From Chthonomonadales bacterium (GTDB lineage: Bacteria > Armatimonadota > Chthonomonadetes > Chthonomonadales > Chthonomonadaceae): a stretch of DNA of 47,488 nucleotides. Each line of letters opens with the position of its first letter. Position 1 is the stretch's first letter. The stretch is from NCBI GenBank assembly GCA_038217285.1, contig JBBQPO010000014.1:1-47488 (forward strand), written 5' to 3'. Positions 28,018 to 36,499 of this stretch are shown piece by piece. Below the pieces are notes generated by a model, which was given only the letters and a program-made list of their open reading frames with translations, had not been told where the DNA came from and did not search any database. A program made the position numbers and the translations under genes.

Positions 28018-28035
28018 GATCCGGGGCAGTGACGG

Positions 28036-31000
28036 CTACTTGCCGTGGCACCGCTTGTATTTCTGGCCGCTGCCGCACCAGCAGTTGTCGTTGCGGCCGC
28101 CCTTCCAATCGGCGGGCGCGCCGTCGTCGCGGCGGTTGGCGAGTTCGCTTGCGCCGCTCATGTTCGTCGCGATCCCTTTCGGAGCGGGAATGTCCTGCAT
28201 AGAGTTGTACCGAGGCAGACTCTGCGGCAGGGGGATCGCCGGAGCGACCATCTGTTGGGGAGGCGCTTGCGGAAGCATCTGTTCTTCCGTCGGCTCGTTC
28301 ACGATCTGTACGCGCATGATGTTGCGCACGATGTCGTCCTGGATCGCCTGCTGCATCCGCTCGAACTCTTCAAACGCCTCTTTCTGATAGATCAGGAGCG
28401 GGTCTTTCTGCTCATAGCCGCGCAGGTGAATGCCCTCGCGCAGATAGTCCATGTTGGCGAGATGCTCCATCCACTTCGAGTTGATCGCGCGCAGCGCCAT
28501 CCAGCGCTCCAGTTCGCGCATGGTGCCTTCGCCCTGCCTCTCGGTAAACTCTTCCTCCCGCGACTCGTAGACGTTCACGACATGATTCGTCAGGAACGCG
28601 ATCATCTGGTCCCGGCTCTTGCCCGCCAGATCGTCGACCGTCAGGACCGGGAAGAGCATGAAGTAGTCGTTGAGCTCATTGTAGAGCGTGTCGAGATCCC
28701 ATTCGCTCTGAGCCTGATCCTGACGAGAATAGATCGTGACGGCGGCCTGTATATTCTCGCGAACGTAGTGCAGGATCGTCTCTTTCAGGTTCACGCCTTC
28801 CAGAATTCGGCGCCGTTCGCGGTAGATCAGCTCGCGCTGTCGGTTCATGACGTCGTCGTAGTTCAGGACATGCTTACGGGATTCGAAATAGTAAGCTTCG
28901 ACTTTGCGCTGCGCGTTCTGGATCATACCGGAGAGCAGTTTGGCGTCCATCGCCAGGTGCTCGTCCCAAGTGCGCAGCAGCGGGTGGTTGGCGCGGTCAC
29001 CGAACAGTCGCCACAGTTCGTCTTCGAGGGAGACGAAGAAGCGGCTCTCGCCGGGATCGCCCTGCCTGCCCGCGCGTCCGCGCAACTGGTTGTCGATACG
29101 GCGGCTTTCGTGGCGCTCGGTGCCGAGGATGAAGACGCCGCCGAGTTTGCGCACCTCGTCGCCCGCCTTCTTATGCTCCTCATCGGTCAGCGCGCCGGTC
29201 GTCACGGCGTCCAGCACCTTCGGGCTACTGAAGCGGCGATAGTCCTCTTCTTCGGCCAGGACCGGATCGACGTACTCTTCGCCCTCCGCCGTCTCGGCCG
29301 CGATCTCCGCCGCTTTGAGGGACTTCAGGCTGCCGTCTACCGGAGGAAGCTCCTGATTGATATGCTTGCCGCCGAGCAGAATATCGACGCCGCGCCCCGC
29401 CATGTTGGTGGCGATGGTGACCGCGCCCTTGCGTCCGGCTTCGGCGATGATGATAGCCTCTTTTTCATGGAACTTGGCGTTCAGGACGCTGTGCTCGATG
29501 CCGTGCGTCAGCGCCTCTTCCAGTCGCTCCATACCGGCTGCGGCGATCTCGAAGATGTTCGCGACCTCGCTGCGGTTGTCCGCCGCGAGGGGATTTTCTC
29601 CGATGCTCAACTCTTTCAAGATCGGCCGCAACTGCGCTATCGACAGCGGCGCGCGACGTTTATTGTCTTTGTCGGTGTGGGGTTCGAAAGGCGTGTTGAG
29701 CAGGGCGGTGTACTGCGCCTTTTTGTCGTTCGCGATAGATTTGCTGTTCTCGATGCGCGCGCGGATCACCTCGACCATGCAGAGCAGCGACAACTGCGCC
29801 GGGCTGACGCGGCGGCTGACACGCTCACTCATCTCGATGGAGCGGGTGCCGACCAGTACCGGCTGCTGCTTGCAGTAGATCCGCATCACTTCCGCCGCGA
29901 TTCCGCGCAGCTTATGCTCTTCGCTCTTATAGATGACGTCCGCGTGATCGAGACGCTGCACAGGCTTGTTCGTCGGGACCATCACGACATCGAGGGCGTA
30001 GATCTTGCGGAACTCGTCCTCTTCGGTCTTGGCGGTTCCGGTCATGCCGGCTAGCTTCGGATAGAGGCGGAAATAGTTCTGGAATGTGACCGTCGCGAGG
30101 GTCTGGCTCTCGTTCTTGACCTCGACATGCTCTTTGGCTTCGATGGCCTGATGCAGTCCGTCGGAGTAGCGGCGCCCGAACATCAGACGCCCCGTATTTT
30201 CATCGACGATGATGATCTCAGGCCCTTCGCCGCTGTCCTTGACCACGTAGTCGATGTCTTTGCGGAAGACGCCGTGCGCTTTCATCGACGCGGTCAGGTA
30301 GTGCATCACCTCATGGTTGTCCGCAAGGTTGTCCACGCCCAACGCCTTCTCCATGAAGGTAACGCCGGCATCGGTGATCGTCGCGGTCTTGGCTTTTTCA
30401 TCGACGACATAGTGGATCTTAGGATTCAGTTTGTCGGCGTCCGGGTTGTCCTTGTCCTTCTTGGGGTCGTCCTTACCGCGCGTCATCTTCACGACGATGG
30501 CATCGACGACGCCATAACGGTCGGTGGACTGCTCGACGGAGCCGGAGATGATCAGCGGGGTGCGCGCCTCGTCGATCAGGATACTGTCGACCTCATCGAC
30601 GATAGCGTAGTGCGGCTCCCGCTGGACCAGGTCGTCTTTCGAAAAGGCCATATTGTCGCGCAGGTAGTCGAAGCCGTACTCGTTATTGGTGCCGTAGGTG
30701 ATGTCAGCCGCGTAGGCCTCGGCCCGCGAACAGGGGCGTGAGCCGCTGAAGCGCGGATCGTCGTCCGCATAGTCGGGATCGTACATGTAGGAGCCGCCCT
30801 CATCGCCCGTCTCCGGTGACTGCCCCTGGATGATGCCGACGCTCATGCCGAGAAGGTGGTAGATCGGGCCATTCCAGACAGCGTCGCGGCGGGAGAGGTA
30901 GTCGTTGGACGTGACCAGATGGGCGCCTTTGCCGAGCAGGGCGTTCAGATAGAGCGGGAGGGTGGCGACGAGCGTCTTGCCTTCGCCGGTGCGCATCTCC

Positions 31001-31389
31001 GCGATACGGCCGTCGTGCAGCACCATGCCGCCGATCATCTGCACATCGTAATGGCGCATACCGAGCGTACGCTTCGAGGACTCGCGGACTAGCGCGAACG
31101 CCTCCGGCAGAACCGTATCCAGAATGGGATCGAAGATCTTGCGATCCTCTTCGCGGGCTTTCTGGCTGGTGAGTCCCTCCCATGTCGGTTCTACCGCCGC
31201 CCGTTTCGTTTTGTATTCGCTCTGGACGCGCTCGCGCAGCTCCAGCGTCTTCTCGCGAAGCTGTTCGTCGGTGAGCTTTTGAAACGGCGCCTCATACGTA
31301 TTGATCTTCACTGCCACGAGCTGATACTTCGCAATATCGCGGGCGTTGCTGTCGAACAGTTTGCTGAGGAAATTCGGTAGTGCAACCAT
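28036..31389 (-). CDS. secA: Preprotein translocase subunit SecA
   Basis: MRTGEGKT, DEVDSILIDEARTPLIISG, TNMAGRG, QLRGRAGRQGDPG, SEC-C motif CWCGSGQKYKRCH. Confidence 0.98.
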   Translation of the reverse strand: MVALPNFLSKLFDSNARDIAKYQLVAVKINTYEAPFQKLTDEQLREKTLELRERVQSEYKTKRAAVEPTWEGLTSQKAREEDRKIFDPILDTVLPEAFALVRESSKRTLGMRHYDVQMIGGMVLHDGRIAEMRTGEGKTLVATLPLYLNALLGKGAHLVTSNDYLSRRDAVWNGPIYHLLGMSVGIIQGQSPETGDEGGSYMYDPDYADDDPRFSGSRPCSRAEAYAADITYGTNNEYGFDYLRDNMAFSKDDLVQREPHYAIVDEVDSILIDEARTPLIISGSVEQSTDRYGVVDAIVVKMTRGKDDPKKDKDNPDADKLNPKIHYVVDEKAKTATITDAGVTFMEKALGVDNLADNHEVMHYLTASMKAHGVFRKDIDYVVKDSGEGPEIIIVDENTGRLMFGRRYSDGLHQAIEAKEHVEVKNESQTLATVTFQNYFRLYPKLAGMTGTAKTEEDEFRKIYALDVVMVPTNKPVQRLDHADVIYKSEEHKLRGIAAEVMRIYCKQQPVLVGTRSIEMSERVSRRVSPAQLSLLCMVEVIRARIENSKSIANDKKAQYTALLNTPFEPHTDKDNKRRAPLSIAQLRPILKELSIGENPLAADNRSEVANIFEIAAAGMERLEEALTHGIEHSVLNAKFHEKEAIIIAEAGRKGAVTIATNMAGRGVDILLGGKHINQELPPVDGSLKSLKAAEIAAETAEGEEYVDPVLAEEEDYRRFSSPKVLDAVTTGALTDEEHKKAGDEVRKLGGVFILGTERHESRRIDNQLRGRAGRQGDPGESRFFVSLEDELWRLFGDRANHPLLRTWDEHLAMDAKLLSGMIQNAQRKVEAYYFESRKHVLNYDDVMNRQRELIYRERRRILEGVNLKETILHYVRENIQAAVTIYSRQDQAQSEWDLDTLYNELNDYFMLFPVLTVDDLAGKSRDQMIAFLTNHVVNVYESREEEFTERQGEGTMRELERWMALRAINSKWMEHLANMDYLREGIHLRGYEQKDPLLIYQKEAFEEFERMQQAIQDDIVRNIMRVQIVNEPTEEQMLPQAPPQQMVAPAIPLPQSLPRYNSMQDIPAPKGIATNMSGASELANRRDDGAPADWKGGRNDNCWCGSGQKYKRCHGK

Positions 31390-31620
31390 AGGAGCTGTCT
31401 CACCTCTATTCCAGGGACAGCCTCAATGCGGCTGTCCGGCTGGAAAGGAATATTAGGCATTCATGTAAAAAGGGGCCGTGTCATTATACCCCTCCTCCCA
31501 TACGAAAGTAAACGGTCCATCGATTTCACGCAGGCAATAGAGGTCGCAAGTAAGGTACTCTTGTGTATCGCTCTGCACGGGTGTCTCTTTCAGGGAGAAA
31601 ATCCGCTCAGTTCTCAAACT

Positions 31621-32496
31621 ATGGAAATCTATCAGTTACGCTACTTCGTGACGGCAGCCCGCATGGAGCACTTTACCCATGCCGCCGAAGCCAATCATAT
31701 CTCGCAGCCTTCTCTCTCACAGCAGATCGCAAACCTGGAGCGGGAGTTAGGAGCCGCGCTGTTTCATCGGCAGGGACGCTCAGTGCGCCTGACCGATGCC
31801 GGGCGGGCGCTGCTTCTCTACGCCGAACGTATTCTGGAGGACGAGGGGGCCGCGAGACGGGCGGTTCAGGAGGTCATCGGGCTGCGGCGCGGTCAGCTTG
31901 CCCTCTGGACCCTACCCACGCCCGGTCAGCATCTGCTGCCGCGTCATCTCGCCGCCTTTCGCAAGAGCTACCCCGATATCGAGATCACGCTGCGCGAAAC
32001 GGTCCCGGCAAGAGCTGTCGCCGAAGCCGTCGCCGGCGGCAAAGCCGACATCGGCATCGTCCATCTGCCCTACCAGGTCGAGGGGCTGGAACACCGCGAA
32101 CTGCTTCGGGAAGAGCTCGCCCTGGTCGTTCCCGTATCTCACCCTCTGGCAGGTCTGTCGGAAGTGGCTCTCGCGGCACTGGCCCACGAGGATTTCATCT
32201 GGGCTCCGGAAGGCGCGACTGCCGCCCATCCCCTCTATGCCGCGTGCCTGGCGGCCGGATTTGTGCCGCGGATCGCCTGCATCAGCGGCAGTGCACAGGG
32301 CATGCAGGAGCTCGTGGCCGCGGGCCTCGGCATCGCTCTGCTGCCGCGCCTCGCCATTCATCCTCCGCCCGGAGCCTCCATCGTCGAACTGGCGGCTCCA
32401 CGGCCTACCCGTACCCTCGTCGCTGTATGGCGTGCCGACCGCCTCTCCCATGCCGCCACGGCGTTCCTTCGCCAGTTGACCGATAACCCGTCTTGA
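31621..32496 (+). CDS. LysR family transcriptional regulator
   Basis: MEIYQLRYF...FTHAAE..ISQPSLSQQIANLE HTH; LysR substrate-binding domain. Confidence 0.95.
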   Translation: MEIYQLRYFVTAARMEHFTHAAEANHISQPSLSQQIANLERELGAALFHRQGRSVRLTDAGRALLLYAERILEDEGAARRAVQEVIGLRRGQLALWTLPTPGQHLLPRHLAAFRKSYPDIEITLRETVPARAVAEAVAGGKADIGIVHLPYQVEGLEHRELLREELALVVPVSHPLAGLSEVALAALAHEDFIWAPEGATAAHPLYAACLAAGFVPRIACISGSAQGMQELVAAGLGIALLPRLAIHPPPGASIVELAAPRPTRTLVAVWRADRLSHAATAFLRQLTDNPS

Positions 32497-32506
32497 ATCC
32501 CCGCTT

Positions 32507-33946
32507 TTAGTGCAGAGAAGCCTTCTTGACCACATCGGAGGCTTCGGTGACCGTCTTCTTCTGAAGCCGTGCCCGCAGGAAGCAGAGCGCCGTCTGAAGC
32601 TGCAGGTCGTTCGCCTTGTCCCGGAAGTTCTCCTCTTTCCAGGCCGCAGACTGCTTCACTTCGATATCCGGCGCAATCCCTCCCGTGCCCGCGATACGCA
32701 TTCCCTCCTCGTCCCGGCGGAAGTTGATATCCACATGCCGGGGCGGATAGTAGAGTTGGGTGGTCAGGCGGAGAGCCGAATGATCGTCCATCGGAATGAG
32801 GGTCTGCACACGACCTTTGCCATAGGTGCGTTCCCCGATGATCGTGCCGACGCCATAGTCTTTGATAGCGCCCGTCACGATTTCGGACGCCGAAGCGCTG
32901 TTACCGTTCACAAGCACCACAAGCGGGAGCTGCCCATGCGTATGCTCATACGGCCGCAGCTTCAGCCCCTTCTCCTGGCCGCCCCCTTCACGCAGGATGA
33001 CCACATTCCCTTTGAGAGCGGCGTTATCCCTGCTATCCAAAGGAACGAAGATGCTGGCGACGGAGATCGCCGTATCCAGCAGACCGCCGGGGTTCGAGCG
33101 CATATCGAACACCAGAGCTTTCATTTTCTGCCGTTCAAGGTCGTGAAAAGCGCTGTTCAACTGCTCCATGCTTCGCTCATTGAACTCCGAAAGAACGATA
33201 TGGCCGATTCGGAACTGGCTATCCTCCATCCAGTGCTGCACGACGGGGGGCTCGACACGGGTGCGGGTAACCGTGAGCGCCAGAGTGCGGGTTCCGCGTA
33301 AAATCTCCAGCCGTATCCTGGCGCCGAGCGGGCCTTTGATCAGCTTGATAACCTCGCCCATCTCTTTACCGCGCACCGAAAGGCCGTTGACACCGATGAT
33401 CTGATCGCCGGATTGGAGGCCTGCTCTCTCGGCGGAGCTTGTCGGGATAGGCCGCACAACACGCACGAATCCGCCCGATTTCTGGTCGAGATAGGCTCCA
33501 ATCCCTTCGAAATCGCCTTTCGTCAGCGCCTGCATCTGGGACCATTCGCCTGGATCCAGAAAAGTGGTGAACTGATCGCGCAGACTGGATAGCATTCCCC
33601 GAATGGCCTCGTAGGTCAGGTGCCGCGTGCTCTTGTTATCCATCGGAGCGCCGTAGTAGTTTGCGTCAAGCATGGCGAGGGCCTGCTTATAACTGGCGAC
33701 CGGATCGACCTCGGCGGAGGCATCCTCCTCTTTCGGAGCCGCGACAGACAGTGCTCTTTCCGGGGGATCCGCGCGGGACGTCTGCACCGTCAGCGAGCGA
33801 GGGAGGACAGGGGACGACAGAGGTGGCGGCGGTTCGTTATTCGTGAGATAGCCCGCCAGCGTCGCGACGAAGAAGAGGCTGATGACCACCGGCAAAAGGA
33901 GGAGCCTCGATCCGAGTATCTGCGGCTGTGGATGCGACCCTGCCAT
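32507..33946 (-). CDS. ctpA: S41 carboxyl-terminal processing peptidase with PDZ domain (active)
   Basis: FEGIG PDZ, DMRSNPGG, SASASE (catalytic Ser), TYGKG (catalytic Lys), GIAPD. Confidence 0.92.
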   Translation of the reverse strand: MAGSHPQPQILGSRLLLLPVVISLFFVATLAGYLTNNEPPPPLSSPVLPRSLTVQTSRADPPERALSVAAPKEEDASAEVDPVASYKQALAMLDANYYGAPMDNKSTRHLTYEAIRGMLSSLRDQFTTFLDPGEWSQMQALTKGDFEGIGAYLDQKSGGFVRVVRPIPTSSAERAGLQSGDQIIGVNGLSVRGKEMGEVIKLIKGPLGARIRLEILRGTRTLALTVTRTRVEPPVVQHWMEDSQFRIGHIVLSEFNERSMEQLNSAFHDLERQKMKALVFDMRSNPGGLLDTAISVASIFVPLDSRDNAALKGNVVILREGGGQEKGLKLRPYEHTHGQLPLVVLVNGNSASASEIVTGAIKDYGVGTIIGERTYGKGRVQTLIPMDDHSALRLTTQLYYPPRHVDINFRRDEEGMRIAGTGGIAPDIEVKQSAAWKEENFRDKANDLQLQTALCFLRARLQKKTVTEASDVVKKASLH

Positions 33947-33948
33947 GG

Positions 33949-35373
33949 CTACTCTCCTGTCCCCGTCAGCAGCATGGAGGCCCGTTGCAGCGCGGGATCA
34001 TCGCCGCCATGTTGCCCGACCGTAACCAGCGTGGGTTCCACGCCCCGACTCAAGCTCACGCCGTTCGGTGAGAACAGATGCGTGGTGGTCATCTCAACGC
34101 CGCCTCCGCCCTTGAGAACCCCGAAAAAGAGCAACTGATCGTCCCCGAACGAGTGGCTGCCGACAATTTTTGCGCCCGACAGCGTCCGCAGCGCCTGGGC
34201 CGCGACTTCGGCCAGATTCGCCGTGCCGTGGTCTATTAGCACCACAAGCCGAAGGGACCTGGCTGGCGCGCGAACCGGCAGGGCCAGGGTCTCCCGCACC
34301 GGCGGCTGCTTCCCGACGGCCGGTCGCCGTTCCAGCAGGGCGACCGCTCCCCCGGGCGTCAGCGGCTGCAGCAGCGCCGTTACAGCCTCCAGACCGTCTG
34401 TCGCGTCCTTGACTTCCGAGCGGACACCGCCGGGGTTGCCGCGAAGGTCGAGGATCAGACCCCTTAGGGCCGGATCCAGACCCCGCAGTGTCTCGCGGAT
34501 CTCTGCGGCAGCGCGGGGATTGAACTGGCGCACCTGAAGGTAACCGATATTGTGGCCAGCAACGCGATAGACGACCGGGTCGATATCGGTCGTTGCCGTC
34601 TTGAGGCGAATATGGAGCGGCTCCGGCGTGCCGGATCTTTCCACCGTAAGCTGCAGAAGTTTGCCCTCTCCAGCGGTCAAAAGCGGCAGAGCAGTCAACA
34701 GGGAGAAACCCCGTTGAAACCGTGTGCGGACCTGCTGCACCTCGCTCACCCGCGTGCGCTCGTCTTCCTTTTTCAGGGCAATCTGCTCTTGGGCGACCAG
34801 GGGACTGTAGGCGATGACCCAGTGGCCGTCGATCTCGGTGATGTTGTCGCCGGAGAGCAGACCGGCGCGCTCCGCAGGACTGCCCGGCATCACATCGATG
34901 ATGGTCAGTCGGCGATACTCGATATCGGCGCGGCGGGTGCGCGCTACGGTGAGCACCGCGCCCATGCCGTGAAAACGGCCTTGTAACGCCTGTTGATGCG
35001 ATTTGCGCAGTTCGGGAGCCAGGTAAAAAGTGTGGGGGTCGTCGAGTGCCGCAAACATCCGGGCCAGAGCGCCGTTGCTCAGCCGACCATTGCTGGTGGC
35101 ATTGTTCTCAACGAACTCCTTTTGAACGTGGTCGAGAACATCCTCATAGACGTTGGCCGGGGGAACGGCTTCATCCGGCTGCTGATTCGCGAGGTTACCA
35201 TCCGACGGCTCTTTGTCGCCGAAAGGGAACAGATGGCCGACACGCAGACGCGCCCCTTTTCCCTGTCCGTGCGCTCCGATGGCGTGTCCGTAGAGAAAAC
35301 CGCTGCCGAGGGCGGCGAAAATGAAGAGGAGCGCTAGCAGACGGACGAGAACTCGCACAGTGTTTGCCTCCAA
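33949..35373 (-). CDS. S41 family PDZ protein with a degenerate catalytic site
   Basis: DLRGNPGG is present, but TANLAE and SFGDD replace SASASE and TYGKG. Confidence 0.85.
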   Translation of the reverse strand: MEANTVRVLVRLLALLFIFAALGSGFLYGHAIGAHGQGKGARLRVGHLFPFGDKEPSDGNLANQQPDEAVPPANVYEDVLDHVQKEFVENNATSNGRLSNGALARMFAALDDPHTFYLAPELRKSHQQALQGRFHGMGAVLTVARTRRADIEYRRLTIIDVMPGSPAERAGLLSGDNITEIDGHWVIAYSPLVAQEQIALKKEDERTRVSEVQQVRTRFQRGFSLLTALPLLTAGEGKLLQLTVERSGTPEPLHIRLKTATTDIDPVVYRVAGHNIGYLQVRQFNPRAAAEIRETLRGLDPALRGLILDLRGNPGGVRSEVKDATDGLEAVTALLQPLTPGGAVALLERRPAVGKQPPVRETLALPVRAPARSLRLVVLIDHGTANLAEVAAQALRTLSGAKIVGSHSFGDDQLLFFGVLKGGGGVEMTTTHLFSPNGVSLSRGVEPTLVTVGQHGGDDPALQRASMLLTGTGE

Positions 35374-35541
35374 TGGAGAACAAGAACGAGGAAGGCGCCG
35401 GGCGAATCGAACGGGTCCCTTCCTGCAGTAAGAACCCGCAGGACCCGAGTCCGGATAGCAGCATTATACCTGCAGGGCAATCGGTTCGTCAATCGACGCG
35501 CGAAGAGGCAGGAAGGGGCTCTGGCGCTCCGTCCGTCGCAC

Positions 35542-36441
35542 CTATCTGCGATGACGGGTTCGCGCACGCAACGAGGTGCGGAGGAGACCCATTCCAAGAA
35601 GACAACAGGCGAGAACGAGGGCGCTATTCGGCTCGGGCGTCAGGGCCACGGTCAGCGACTGTGTTCCTGTCCAGAAGGCGTTCGAGCCTACAGGGGAGTC
35701 CGGAGTGAGGGGGTAATCACCGCCGAGAGCGCCTCGATAGCCGATGCTGACGTACCAGACCTTCGTGAGATCGAACCCGCTCTCTTCGTTGAAAAAGTTC
35801 GATCCGCCCGCCCCGTTTCCTGCCACCGGCGTCAGACGAAAACCCTGAATGTGGGTGCTCGGGTCCGGCGCCAGAATGCCGGGTGTCAGGTTATTGTCGA
35901 AGCCCCAGGCCCGGGTCTTGTAGACCGGGTTGCCGCCGTTCGTCGTCACAGAGGTCAGAGCGACCGTCACCATGTTGATGCCGGACACTCCAGGACTCTG
36001 GATCTGCGGAAGGAAGACGCGCAGATTGATCGTGAAATCCGTCAGATCGGGATCGATGTGATACCCATAACACCAACTGCTGACGTACTGCGGCGGCCCA
36101 CCGGACTGTCCACCGGCTGGGCTGCCAGAATTCAGCAGCCCGCTCAACTGACTGTTCGCGGTCGCGACGGAGCCGATCTTGGTCACGCCGGAGTTGGAGA
36201 CGCCCAGCTCAGGAAACGCCGCTGCCAACGCCAGATTGGAAGCGATCTGTTGAGCGTCCGCCGGGGAGGCTGGTGGCTGGCTGACATTTTGATTGATGTC
36301 TACGCCCGTGATCGTACCGTCGGCGACAGCCGTCTGAAAGTCACTGGCCTTGTTCAGGATAATGGTGCCATCCGCGTGCGCCTCGCAGGCGATCCCTCCG
36401 CCCAACCATATTGCCGCGAATAGTACAGCAGCTTTACGCAT
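35542..36441 (-). CDS. PEP-CTERM sorting-domain surface protein
   Basis: Signal peptide (..AHA-D); C-terminal TPEP + hydrophobic stretch + Arg-rich tail. Confidence 0.85.
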   Translation of the reverse strand: MRKAAVLFAAIWLGGGIACEAHADGTIILNKASDFQTAVADGTITGVDINQNVSQPPASPADAQQIASNLALAAAFPELGVSNSGVTKIGSVATANSQLSGLLNSGSPAGGQSGGPPQYVSSWCYGYHIDPDLTDFTINLRVFLPQIQSPGVSGINMVTVALTSVTTNGGNPVYKTRAWGFDNNLTPGILAPDPSTHIQGFRLTPVAGNGAGGSNFFNEESGFDLTKVWYVSIGYRGALGGDYPLTPDSPVGSNAFWTGTQSLTVALTPEPNSALVLACCLLGMGLLRTSLRARTRHRR

Positions 36442-36499
36442 TACTTTCCCTTTCGGCCTCGCGTCTTCAGGCGCAGACCCTGAGTGCACCAGATTACCT

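Noticed and set aside
29505-29810. Intein in SecA
   Set aside because: No intein-like splice junctions (C-terminal His-Asn) or homing endonuclease motifs.
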